From positions 1,346,744-1,410,743 of the forward strand of contig RHPI01002069.1 in the NCBI GenBank assembly GCA_009103225.1: DNA of 64,000 nt, in the 5' to 3' direction. Below are positions 37,412 to 49,679 of the stretch, in pieces. This DNA comes from Chlorokybus atmophyticus. Taxonomy: Eukaryota > Plantae > Mesostigma and Chlorokybus algae. Within the stretch, counting starts at the first letter, position 1. The number at the start of each line of letters is the position of its first letter. A model generated the notes under the pieces. The model had not been told where the DNA came from, did not search any database, and saw only the letters and a program-made list of their open reading frames with translations. The position numbers and the translations under genes were made by a program.

Positions 37412-40400
37412 CTATGATGATGTGGTTTGCGCGTGTGCAGCTGCAAAGTCAGCTGTAGCCCACGCTGGCAATGGGCACGAAAACGACCAATCCTCGCTTT
37501 CGTACTGCATGCAGTGCAACCACAACGGCTCTTGTTCCACCTCCTCCCTGAGCAACAGAAAGCAAAGTCCACACGTTAGCTGTCGGCATCACCAACTGTG
37601 CACATTTGCCATCAGCAGGCAACTATAAACAGCATCCAACCGGTTGTAAGCGTCACCATGTAGGCCCGAGTGATGGGCAGTGTGGGCACATCGGGTCGAT
37701 ATTCTCGACATCTGCCTTTACGGTGGCAAGTGCATATTCACTTGCAGCTGCATCGGCTGGATTGCGGTGTTGCAGCGAACTCATCAACGCGTCAAGTGGT
37801 TGCGCCTCTGGTTTGTCATCAATGCCAGGTTGCCCAGTAGCTGGCAACCTTTGCTCTTGGCTTGTATTCCTGGCTTCCTCATGTGTATCAACATCGCCAG
37901 ATGGCCGCTGACTGCTTGCAGCCTTGCCATAAAGCGGGTCGTTCGCAATAGGATAGCCCAAGTGCTGCAGGTGCACTCTTATCTGCAACAGGCTGTTATC
38001 ACGCTGATGGCCACGCACGAACACTACTTGCATACTCAAACAACCAAGCCAATGTCTATGCAACGTGATATGCCAAAGCTGCAAGCGCGCCGGCCCAGGC
38101 CCAGCCCAAAACAACATAGTGCACAAAATGCACTTGTAACAATGTCAAACCACAACAAATTAAACCAAAGTAAAGTACCTGATGAGTGCGGCCAGTGAGT
38201 GGACGGCACTCGACCAGGCTGGTGGTGCCGTCAGCAGACACGCCAATGCGGCGAAACCGCGTGACGGCGCCCTTGCTCTTGCCGCCAGCCGCCACTGCCG
38301 CAGCCGCTGCAGTAGCGATGTCCGTCGACCCACTTGCTGCAGCCGAAGCACCAATAGCGTCATCTGCATCACTGAAAGCCTGCAAACACGTTAGCTGATA
38401 CAAAACATGAGGTGTGTGCTAGTGAGCCCAAATCGCTCCTTGAAGTTACCACTACGCTGTGCGAATGTGGCATGCACAAAGATACAGTGAGCGAAACTTC
38501 CGCACGCACAGACGGGCAATAAAATGTATGCAATGGGGCCACATGACTACACCTGACACCGTCGAAACCAACTCTCTCACCCCAACCACGCTGCGCTTCT
38601 GTCTGGGATCAAACAGCACCTCCGCATCGACCTCAATTTCGCTCTCGTTGTCAGGAAAGACGCCCGTGACGCGCGCCAGGTACTTTTTGCGTACCGTGCC
38701 GGAGGTAATGGCCTGTCGGAACTTCTCAGCAGCTGCAGCTGACCTTGCAGCAAAGCAGGAGCGTTACCAAGATGACATTTGGAAAGTCACAAGTCTGTCT
38801 GTGTGTTGGCTGATGAGTGACTATTCACTGTGTTCAACTGTAATATCTGTCATCTGAGCTTGCTGCAGAAGAACTCAACCAGATACGGAGGTGCACTAGT
38901 ATCCTGAGATACTCCTGAGATACGCTAGCTTGGTGGCTACCTCACAGGAGTGATTGGCTACCAGAAGTAGCAGCTACCGGCAGAACTTCCTTAACTTGCT
39001 TTCCAAATGCTTAAGTAGTGCTTGACGTGCACACAAAGACTCGCAAAGGACACGCACAGTATAGCTGATGGTTGCTGCCCCGCCCCGCCCCCCCCCCCCT
39101 CTCGTGCTACGCGTGTTTTGTCCTCCACCAGAAGTCTGCTACCAACAACAACAACAGTACTACCAGTGGCATAGGATAGGTGCATACCTGGCCATCAGGA
39201 GCAGGCCAGAGACGAGCCGGTCAAGCCGATGGAGAGGATGCAACGGCCCAAGCTCCGGGTGGTACGCCTGTAACAGTCCCAACACAGTGTTCTTTCGATA
39301 CTGCCCACATGGATGGACCTAAACGCAACAAACAGAAGGTTATGTTGCTGTGTACACTTGTGACAACCCCACGCCGCAGCTCAACCAGCTCAGCGACACT
39401 TACTGGTATAGAGCCCGGCTTGCTAACAGTGATGAAGTCCTCAGAGGTGCTTAGTACATTGATGGGATCAGGTGTGACGGGAGGTTCGTGCCTGCATTGC
39501 ACGTGAACGCTGTTACCCTTATTGCATCTATATGTGGCAGATCATTGACACTTGAAAGCACTGCTGCTGCCCCACCTGTGGACATGGTGGCACAGCCATT
39601 CACCAACATGCACAGTGCGTTCTGCATCCACACGCTCGCCCAACACGGTGAGCCTTCCTATGCGCATGGCCTCTTCCTGCATGGAAGTGTATAACTAGCA
39701 TCACGAGTGGCAGTATGGACTAACAGGAAGGGCTTACGCAAACCTCAGAATTGGCGTACACACGTAGTACTGGCGAGTACGGCCTTTGAACTCGTCTTCA
39801 AAGATGTTGATAACACTCCTGCCCTCCCACCTGGGCTTCACCTGTCAGCAGGAGTTTAATCATTGCATGTGTCAATTTGGGTGAGAACTGCATACAAAGC
39901 CTTGCCAGGTGTGAAGGTACTGCTTACATGCGAGATGAAGTCGAAGAAGTACGGCCGAACCCAGCGACGACCTGCAGCGGTGTGATGTGTACACACAATA
40001 CTAGACACAAGCAGTGACACGCTCCATTAAGCCCTGTGCCCTTGGCATACCATCTTTGATTATGTAGTCGTCCGGATGCGTGACCAGCTGTGCAAACAGC
40101 TTTCAGTTGACGCCGAAAGGTGCACAGTATTTCTTCTCATACGACAGAGGCTGGACGAAGCAAAGCAGCAGTGCAAGTCAACAGGTCAAACGTACAACCC
40201 TTTGAAACAAGTAGAGTTGATGCTTACACAGCACAGAAGCAGTGCAGTGCCTCGCTATGGGCACTTGTCTTTTCTGAAGCCATTTGCATGCGAATGGCAA
40301 GCCCCTGACCTGCTGAAGCGGCTTCGGCGGCATGCCACGCCGTTGATGCTGCTGGCGCTGTTGTCGCTCCCCTCCCCCTCCCCCTCTGCTTCCATCTCCT

Positions 40401-40507
40401 CGTTCTTGGTGTCTCTCACCAGCTCGGTCGCCTCTATCCTCCTCGTGAGCTACCGCCTCCCCCGCCCCCTCTGCCTCCCGCCGCCGTCGCTTCCTCCGCC
40501 CGCCCAT
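37412..40507 (-). CDS. RPUSD2: RluA-family RNA pseudouridine synthase (RPUSD2 / Arabidopsis PUS7-like), copy 1
   Basis: RWVRPYFFDFISH; HEPPVT; VSKPGSIPV; HPLHRLDRLVSGLLLMA (catalytic HRLD); VRKKYLARVTGVFP; ECRPLTGRTHQ|IRVHLQHLGYPIANDPLY; CPHCP; LWLHCMQY...FSCPLPAWA. Confidence 0.93.
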
Positions 40508-40563
40508 TGCTCAAAGCACAGCTGCGAGCAGGGCGGTAGCAGCATTGTCTATGCGTTGCTGTC

Positions 40564-40696
40564 ATGGCGGCGGCAGCGGGGGAGTGGTTTGCAACGGAGT
40601 ACCACCCCCTGCAGGCGGGCAGCATCGACGGCACGGACGTGGCGCCCCACGACCATGCTGTCGCTAGGGCCAGCAGAGCTCTCAAGGCTAATCGCT
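40564..40696 (+). pseudogene. Orphan duplicate of SNRNP35 exon 1
   Basis: [36 protein letters not shown] followed by a GTAAGG donor. The duplication junction falls inside intron 1, so no downstream exons follow directly. Confidence 0.85.
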
Positions 40697-41214
40697 GTAA
40701 GGCTGACTGCTGCCACTTGAGAGCTGCATTGCACTGCACTCCCTATTGGCTTGGCTGAAACACAAGTTCAGTAAACATTGCCAGCAGAGCTAGAATGTAC
40801 AAGTTCAGGAACCCTTGCTTAGCATTGCAACAATTGAAGTGGGCGTGCATGCATGCATAAATGCATTACAAGCAAGCGCGGCAGTTTGCTGCTATTGTTT
40901 ATTGTTGCCCTTCAAGTATGGAGATTTGTCTGCTAGACTACGCCAGCCTCCGGACACTGTTGGCAACACAGTTGACAGGTCGGCGCGCATTATCCAAATG
41001 CGTGCAACTCTTCACGCTGAAGGCTCAGGGCTTTGCAGTGTTCGGCAGTGCTCGACATCATGAACTTGATGCGCGCCTGCGTACGCGCCGATCCTCGTGA
41101 ACACAACAACACGCTAGCTGTTGCCCCCAGTCAGGTTTGCATAGGCTAGCAAGCTGGAGGGGGACAAAGAGTGCATGATAAGTTGGCGGCAACAGGCGGC
41201 CACCCTCGTAGACC

Positions 41215-44200
41215 CTATGATGATGTGGTTTGCGCGTGTGCAGCTGCAAAGTCAGCTGTAGCCCACGCTGGCAATGGGCACGAAAACGACCAATCCTCGC
41301 TTTCGTACTGCATGCAGTGCAACCACAACGGCTCTTGTTCCACCTCCTCCCTGAGCAACAGAAAGCAAAGTCCACACGTTAGCTGTCGGCATCACCAACT
41401 GTGCACATTTGCCATCAGCAGGCAACTATAAACAGCATCCAACCGGTTGTAAGCGTCACCATGTAGGCCCGAGTGATGGGCAGTGTGGGCACATCGGGTC
41501 GATATTCTCGACATCTGCCTTTACGGTGGCAAGTGCATATTCACTTGCAGCTGCATCGGCTGGATTGCGGTGTTGCAGCGAACTCATCAACGCGTCAAGT
41601 GGTTGCGCCTCTGGTTTGTCATCAATGCCAGGTTGCCCAGTAGCTGGCAACCTTTGCTCTTGGCTTGTATTCCTGGCTTCCTCATGTGTATCAACATCGC
41701 CAGATGGCCGCTGACTGCTTGCAGCCTTGCCATAAAGCGGGTCGTTCGCAATAGGATAGCCCAAGTGCTGCAGGTGCACTCTTATCTGCAACAGGCTGTT
41801 ATCACGCTGATGGCCACGCACGAACACTACTTGCATACTCAAACAACCAAGCCAATGTCTATGCAACGTGATATGCCAAAGCTGCAAGCGCGCCGGCCCA
41901 GGCCCAGCCCAAAACAACATAGTGCACAAAATGCACTTGTAACAATGTCAAACCACAACAAATTAAACCAAAGTAAAGTACCTGATGAGTGCGGCCAGTG
42001 AGTGGACGGCACTCGACCAGGCTGGTGGTGCCGTCAGCAGACACGCCAATGCGGCGAAACCGCGTGACGGCGCCCTTGCTCTTGCCGCCAGCCGCCACTG
42101 CCGCAGCCGCTGCAGTAGCGATGTCCGTCGACCCACTTGCTGCAGCCGAAGCACCAATAGCGTCATCTGCATCACTGAAAGCCTGCAAACACGTTAGCTG
42201 ATACAAAACATGAGGTGTGTGCTAGTGAGCCCAAATCGCTCCTTGAAGTTACCACTACGCTGTGCGAATGTGGCATGCACAAAGATACAGTGAGCGAAAC
42301 TTCCGCACGCACAGACGGGCAATAAAATGTATGCAATGGGGCCACATGACTACACCTGACACCGTCGAAACCAACTCTCTCACCCCAACCACGCTGCGCT
42401 TCTGTCTGGGATCAAACAGCACCTCCGCATCGACCTCAATTTCGCTCTCGTTGTCAGGAAAGACGCCCGTGACGCGCGCCAGGTACTTTTTGCGTACCGT
42501 GCCGGAGGTAATGGCCTGTCGGAACTTCTCAGCAGCTGCAGCTGACCTTGCAGCAAAGCAGGAGCGTTACCAAGATGACATTTGGAAAGTCACAAGTCTG
42601 TCTGTGTGTTGGCTGATGAGTGACTATTCACTGTGTTCAACTGTAATATCTGTCATCTGAGCTTGCTGCAGAAGAACTCAACCAGATACGGAGGTGCACT
42701 AGTATCCTGAGATACTCCTGAGATACGCTAGCTTGGTGGCTACCTCACAGGAGTGATTGGCTACCAGAAGTAGCAGCTACCGGCAGAACTTCCTTAACTT
42801 GCTTTCCAAATGCTTAAGTAGTGCTTGACGTGCACACAAAGACTCGCAAAGGACACGCACAGTATAGCTGATGGTTGCTGCCCCGCCCCGCCCCCCCCCC
42901 CCTCTCGTGCTACGCGTGTTTTGTCCTCCACCAGAAGTCTGCTACCAACAACAACAACAGTACTACCAGTGGCATAGGATAGGTGCATACCTGGCCATCA
43001 GGAGCAGGCCAGAGACGAGCCGGTCAAGCCGATGGAGAGGATGCAACGGCCCAAGCTCCGGGTGGTACGCCTGTAACAGTCCCAACACAGTGTTCTTTCG
43101 ATACTGCCCACATGGATGGACCTAAACGCAACAAACAGAAGGTTATGTTGCTGTGTACACTTGTGACAACCCCACGCCGCAGCTCAACCAGCTCAGCGAC
43201 ACTTACTGGTATAGAGCCCGGCTTGCTAACAGTGATGAAGTCCTCAGAGGTGCTTAGTACATTGATGGGATCAGGTGTGACGGGAGGTTCGTGCCTGCAT
43301 TGCACGTGAACGCTGTTACCCTTATTGCATCTATATGTGGCAGATCATTGACACTTGAAAGCACTGCTGCTGCCCCACCTGTGGACATGGTGGCACAGCC
43401 ATTCACCAACATGCACAGTGCGTTCTGCATCCACACGCTCGCCCAACACGGTGAGCCTTCCTATGCGCATGGCCTCTTCCTGCATGGAAGTGTATAACTA
43501 GCATCACGAGTGGCAGTATGGACTAACAGGAAGGGCTTACGCAAACCTCAGAATTGGCGTACACACGTAGTACTGGCGAGTACGGCCTTTGAACTCGTCT
43601 TCAAAGATGTTGATAACACTCCTGCCCTCCCACCTGGGCTTCACCTGTCAGCAGGAGTTTAATCATTGCATGTGTCAATTTGGGTGAGAACTGCATACAA
43701 AGCCTTGCCAGGTGTGAAGGTACTGCTTACATGCGAGATGAAGTCGAAGAAGTACGGCCGAACCCAGCGACGACCTGCAGCGGTGTGATGTGTACACACA
43801 ATACTAGACACAAGCAGTGACACGCTCCATTAAGCCCTGTGCCCTTGGCATACCATCTTTGATTATGTAGTCGTCCGGATGCGTGACCAGCTGTGCAAAC
43901 AGCTTTCAGTTGACGCCGAAAGGTGCACAGTATTTCTTCTCATACGACAGAGGCTGGACGAAGCAAAGCAGCAGTGCAAGTCAACAGGTCAAACGTACAA
44001 CCCTTTGAAACAAGTAGAGTTGATGCTTACACAGCACAGAAGCAGTGCAGTGCCTCGCTATGGGCACTTGTCTTTTCTGAAGCCATTTGCATGCGAATGG
44101 CAAGCCCCTGACCTGCTGAAGCGGCTTCGGCGGCATGCCACGCCGTTGATGCTGCTGGCGCTGTTGTCGCTCCCCTCCCCCTCCCCCTCTGCTTCCATCT

Positions 44201-44310
44201 CCTCGTTCTTGGTGTCTCTCACCAGCTCGGTCGCCTCTATCCTCCTCGTGAGCTACCGCCTCCCCCGCCCCCTCTGCCTCCCGCCGCCGTCGCTTCCTCC
44301 GCCCGCCCAT
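41215..44310 (-). CDS. RPUSD2: RluA-family RNA pseudouridine synthase, copy 2 (identical to copy 1)
   Basis: Same sequence as 37412-40507 at offset +3803. Confidence 0.93.
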
Positions 44311-44366
44311 TGCTCAAAGCACAGCTGCGAGCAGGGCGGTAGCAGCATTGTCTATGCGTTGCTGTC

Positions 44367-45932
44367 ATGGCGGCGGCAGCGGGGGAGTGGTTTGCAACGG
44401 AGTACCACCCCCTGCAGGCGGGCAGCATCGACGGCACGGACGTGGCGCCCCACGACCATGCTGTCGCTAGGGCCAGCAGAGCTCTCAAGGCTAATCGCTG
44501 TAAGGCTGACTGCTGCCACTTGAGAGCTGCATTGCACTGCACTCCCTATTGGCTTGGCTGAAACACAAGTTCAGTAAACATTGCCAGCAGAGCTAGAATG
44601 TACAAGTTCAGGAACCCTTGCTTAGCATTGCAACAATTGAAGTGGGCGTGCATGCATGCATAAATGCATTACAAGCAAGCGCGGCAGTTTGCTGCTATTG
44701 TTTATTGTTGCCCTTCAAGTATGGAGATTTGTCTGCTAGAATATATTTAACGTGATTGACAGGAACTCTCATGTACTCTTGCTTCCCATTTGCTGTTATG
44801 TGAGCTGCTGCCACTGACTTGTGCTGTGGTCGTTGGACTTCTTGCCTTCGTCGCCAGATGACCCCAAAAGGGACTCGAATGTACGCGGCGATCCCTTGAA
44901 AACCATATTTGTTGGGCGGTTGAGCGAACGCACAACTGAAGCACAAATTGAGCAGGTGTGGAACAGCTATAGATGACAGCTGCTGCTTTTCATCCTCCAA
45001 TGCTCTCAGTACACAATTGGCCACAGGTGTTCAGCCAGCACGGGCGCATAAGGTCCGTCAATCTTGTTCGGGACATTGGTAGGTACACAAAAGTCACTCC
45101 GCTAATGACTTCGTAGCACTGTGCCATTGAGGCTGCTGTCTCAAGCTGCGCAGTCAGCATGCATGTTGCTTGCCTACTAACATGTAACCGCACGTGTTGC
45201 AGTGACAGGGGCATCCCGCGGGTATTCTTTTGTGGAGTTCGAGCACAAAGCAGACATGCTGGACGCTTACAGAGTAAGTGCATGTTGCTGCAGTATAATT
45301 GTAGCTCAAAACGAGACAACACACCCACTTCGCACGTGCATTGCACCTGAAGCATGGTATACGGGCAGAGTGTAGAGGCAAAATGGGTTGACGGACGGCG
45401 GGTGCTGGTGGATTACAGCCGCGCGCAGCTAATGCCGGGCTGGTTGCCCCGCCGCTTCGGGGGCGGCCTCGGCGGGCGCAAAGAGAGTGGCCAGCTGCGC
45501 TTTGGCGGACGAGACAGACCCTTCAAAGCACCACTGTATGTGGGTCCTCGCCACTGTGCTCTGTTTTGATCACAAACACATGTAAGACTGATCTGCACAC
45601 GCTGTGTTCGTAGTAAAGAGTTTCCTGCTGCTGAGCTAGCAAAGCATGGAATTAAGCCTCCGCCTCCACCGAGGCTGCTTCGACGTGGGGAGGTGAGACC
45701 CGTATGCTGATGACAGCACCTTGTTGTTGTGTGTTCGCAATTTAGCTCACTGCTTATTCTTGCATGAACCTCCCCTGCTCATAGCAACTGTGCTCAGGCT
45801 CCACCATTGCCCACACTTTATCATGAAGATGAGCACTTACACGACTCAAGACGGGCCTTAGAGCCCTCTCAGAAGCGGTGGAGAGAAGAGGATGTTAGAT
45901 ACGACCACCACGGGCACAGGCGGAAACGTTGA
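44367..45932 (+). CDS. SNRNP35: U11/U12 snRNP 35-kDa protein (minor spliceosome), multi-exon
   Basis: [18 protein letters not shown]; [12 protein letters not shown]; RRM VRDI|[13 protein letters not shown]; [44 protein letters not shown]. Confidence 0.95.
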
Positions 45933-47140
45933 CACCCAGTGCATTTGCAACTGAACACCAGACTGCAGGCGTAGTTGCCAGTGGGTCAAGCTGCACACAC
46001 GCAGGCCAATTGGCATCAGGTGCGCAACTGCCTGGCTGGTGGGCGCTGCCAGCCCATAGGCCGTTTGGACCATTCAGCAACAGGGTACTGTCCTGTCTCC
46101 CCAAGGCCTATGTCACATCTCAACAGCCTCAGACTCATATGCTATTGCTCAGGTACTCAAGAAAACGAACAGTGAGTGGAGCATTGTTCTAGAGAGATAT
46201 GGCACGGACCATCTACATCGACACTTCATGTGCAGCAGATGTCTCATCTTTGGTGTGAAGGACGCAAAAGGGCTCCTGTTTTCGTCCACTCCACTGCACA
46301 CCTGCAGGGCCGTGAGCCTGCTTGCATAGAGAATCGCCATGAAGGATCTCCAGAGGTTGGGCACTGGAACTATTGGACTAGCCGGTTTTGCTATACAATA
46401 GTGATATTGAGTGGATGTTGTTGTTTGTATAGTTTCCGCATTGCATACCTGCCACAACACGTCATGGTAGTATTGCGTCTTCAAACATACCGGACTTCAG
46501 AGCTGCGCGAAGCAGATTCTGGGAAATGGGTGTGCTTCTATCACATGCACTCAACAAATGCAAAACAAACATGGTTAGCGCTCATGCATGCACAATCCTT
46601 GCAAATTTATGTATGCAACCAATTCAAGTCCTCTAAAAAGGTGGTGGTGATGGTGTTAGCGAATTGCTATCTTTAAGTGTATCTGCGGAGATACGGCCTA
46701 TACACAGCGTGCATGTCTTATTTTAAAATGTTACCATTACTGGAAAAACATTACCATTGATACCATATAGTGTGCATGTCCTTTCATAGTGTACAAGCGG
46801 CTTGTACACGGCCACCCTCTACCCGCAGTGCCACACCACCACTTGCACCTAGCGGCCTATAGTTTGTATAGTGGTATAATGTTTTGGTATCGGAATTCAC
46901 TTGGTGGAAATTCATCGGCGCTGGTTTATATCTTTGTTGACGAATGTATATATAAATATCTACACTATTGCGAGCGCAATGTGCATAGGAACTGTCATGA
47001 GCTGCATGTATGAGAGCACAGGGTAGTGCAAATGCAATGCCATGTGTGTGCTCAACCATCAGGGTTGGCTCAATCCCGATGATATGTTGCTATGCTATGT
47101 GTATAGAAGAACATCAACAGAATTCACTACGTGCAATGCA

Positions 47141-47142
<2 letters not shown>

Positions 47143-47176
<34 letters not shown>

Positions 47177-47394
47177 NNNNNNNNNNNNNNNNNNNNNNNN
47201 NNNNNNNNNNNNNNNNNNNNNNNNNNNNNNNNNNNNNNNNNNNNNNNNNNNNNNNNNNNNNNNNNNNNNNNNNNNNNNNNNNNNNNNNNNNNNNNNNNNN
47301 NNNNNNNNNNNNNNNNNNNNNNNNNNNNNNNNNNNNNNNNNNNNNNNNNNNNNNNNNNNNNNNNNNNNNNNNCCCCCCCCCCCCCCCCCCCCCC
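47143..47394. other. Assembly gap (N 47177-47371) flanked by poly-C
   Basis: Read directly. Confidence 1.
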
Positions 47395-48437
47395 TACGAT
47401 TGATGTGTTGTGAAGTGGGGAGCTCGTGAAGCCATTACCATAATCATAGCCACACTGTCTGGCAGTCAACCCCGAAATGTCCCACCCATCAGCTTGTTAG
47501 AATTAAACAACAAGCACCACAAATTAGTAAATTAGCGTGTGGGTAAGTAATGACCTTTAGGTGGCAAGTGCATTATCACCATCAAAAGCCACATAAAGTA
47601 CAAATGTAACACTTAGCTCATAATAAAACCGAATACAATGATCTAGCAAATGCATGTTACACATATGCATCATCGTGTGAAATTGTTTCATATGTAAAGG
47701 TTTGTAAAGCTTTTAAGTTAATATATATACCTAATCAAGCAAGTGCTGCTGCATGCATTCCATATCGCAAGTTGCAAACGATTGTTTGCACGTCAACATA
47801 AGATATGCGGGTTTACAATGTAGAATGCAAAGTTTTGTTAAATAATATATGATGTAATTAGGATATATGATATCTACATGCGTTAACGCGTGCATATTCA
47901 CAAATGCATAGGTTGCCAATAAACCGCAGAGCATCAATCTGAACAACCAATCACGATAAAGAGCTCGTTGAAGATGCTAACAACAAAACTGAAGTACAAC
48001 CTGATACTTGTCTGTGCGATACTCCTTCATCAACGCTCATGTACACGTGTGCAGGCCTGTGCTATGCACAGTGTGCATACACTCGTATGATGCAAGGTTG
48101 GATATGGCTCATCAAAACGAGTTATGACGACCTTTGGTGTCACGACTTCCCAAAACGCCGATGCCACGTTGGCAAACTCTCTCCCCTGCGGCGAGATCCT
48201 GCTGCTTGCATGCACGGCCAGGAGAATCCGCCCGTGGGCCCTTCGTAATGCACAACCACCACATGCATGTATTTCTCTCTGCGTGCATGCGCGCGATCAA
48301 TACAGCCACGCTCTGTCTCGCACAGCGCCGCAGCCACACTCGCTGAAAGGGGAAGTCCAGTTCACGGGTGTGCACTGAGAGTAGTAGAGTGTGTGCGGGT
48401 AGACTGACTTCATCCATCAACCACAGCAGTAGTAACC

Positions 48438-48919
48438 ATGCCGTCCTCCGCCGGCAATCTCGGCTCTCGCCTCGGCAAGGAAAAAGGTCAGTTGGTGTTT
48501 CAATAACTCCCTCTGACGGGGATTTTGCCTCAGCGGTTGGCGATGAGACTGTGGTTCATGCATGCAAGGGAAGCGTCGTTCTTGTTATGCAAACACTTGC
48601 TAACTTGTTTGTTTCCCATGCAGACTATCCGCAGCATCACAAAGGCTCAACTGAGAGTCCACAGGAGGTGAAGTTGCTGTCTCTCATATGTCTTTCCGTG
48701 TATGTCTTGGGCATGCCTTACCTTGGGAGCCAACTTGCCAGTTGCCTTGCATGCATGACACTGATCCTGTCGTGGTGTGGTGGCCTGACAAGCGTTTTCT
48801 TTTTTCCTTTTTCTTGTGCGCGTGTGATTGCGTACAATAGGATGATGCTGGTTCCGCGCAGCACCACGAGCAGGCAAAGGCAATCCACGCGGGTGATGTG
48901 CGCCTTGACCGGCACTCGG

Positions 48920-48969
<50 letters not shown>

Positions 48970-49679
48970 NCTCTCGCTCTCTCGCTCTCGCTCTCGCTCT
49001 CTCGCTCCATCGCTCTCTCGCTCTCTCGCTCTGTGTGTGTGCGTGCGTGTGCGCGCGCGGTGGTGGCTAAATCTGGATCATTGTTGGCAGCTCAACTCCT
49101 GCGTGAAGGCATCCGCGGACAGCCTCGCAAAGGTGGGTATTACACACTACATGCGCCCGCCATCTCACTGCTCACACACAATAGATGGTAGTGCAGTCTT
49201 GTACATGCTATGATCTGATTCACACACCCTTGACTATGCAGGTGGTGCTGGTCCACACGGTTGGGGCACCAACAACCCCGAGGACAACGAGCCCGCACCG
49301 CCAGTCCTTGATGAGAATGACCCCAACTACGACCCCGATGAGGGAACTCCAGAGGAAGAGGTGAGTGCTGTTGCAGCATCTTACAACAGCAACCACGTGT
49401 GCGTCACATGCGTGCGTGTATACGTGTTAACCCAACAACTTGTGATGGCAGTCAATGGCGGCACTGAACGATGAGGAGCATATCAGGGAGGTCCACACCG
49501 CCTCGGAGCTGCAAGGCAAAGTGCGTGTGGAAGGCGAGACTGGCCAGGTGATTGCGATAGTGCGGGTAGTCACATGATGGGGTGTACGTTGCATTTTGTG
49601 GTCATAATACTTAATGACTTGTGTCTTGCAGCACATGCAAGCTAGGGCGGGTGATGCGTACACCACAGATGTGCACTAA
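48438..49679 (+). CDS. Small (~158 aa) disordered protein with a PDCD4/SERBP1-like DRHS...KGGAGxxxWG...DxNDPNYD motif and no MA3 domains; 7 exons
   Basis: Exons 48438-48486, 48624-48667, 48841-48919, 49091-49132, 49242-49360, 49452-49547 and 49632-49679 join in phase through GT-AG introns. They give ...VRLDRHSAQLLREGIRGQPRKGGAGPHGWGTNNPEDNEPAPPVLDENDPNYDPDE... The last two exons are less certain. Confidence 0.72.
48923..49030. repeat. (CT)n / (CTCG)n microsatellite, intronic, with a single N
   Basis: Read directly. Confidence 0.95.

Larger units (their letters stand above)
37133..44740. repeat. Tandem segmental duplication, unit 3,803 bp (37133-40935 / 40936-44738)
   Basis: Every ORF in the track recurs at +3803 with an identical translation, and even the 12-C run is the same. 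The junction has a 2-bp GA microhomology. Confidence 0.97.

Noticed and set aside
38179-38215. CTGATGA followed by a GTGC/GCAC stem, resembling a hammerhead ribozyme
   Set aside because: There is no GAAA after stem II, and the segment is the antisense of an RPUSD2 coding exon.
46784-47059. 91-aa minus-strand ORF with a protein-like C-terminus
   Set aside because: No recognisable family, no clear splice context, and it abuts an assembly gap.
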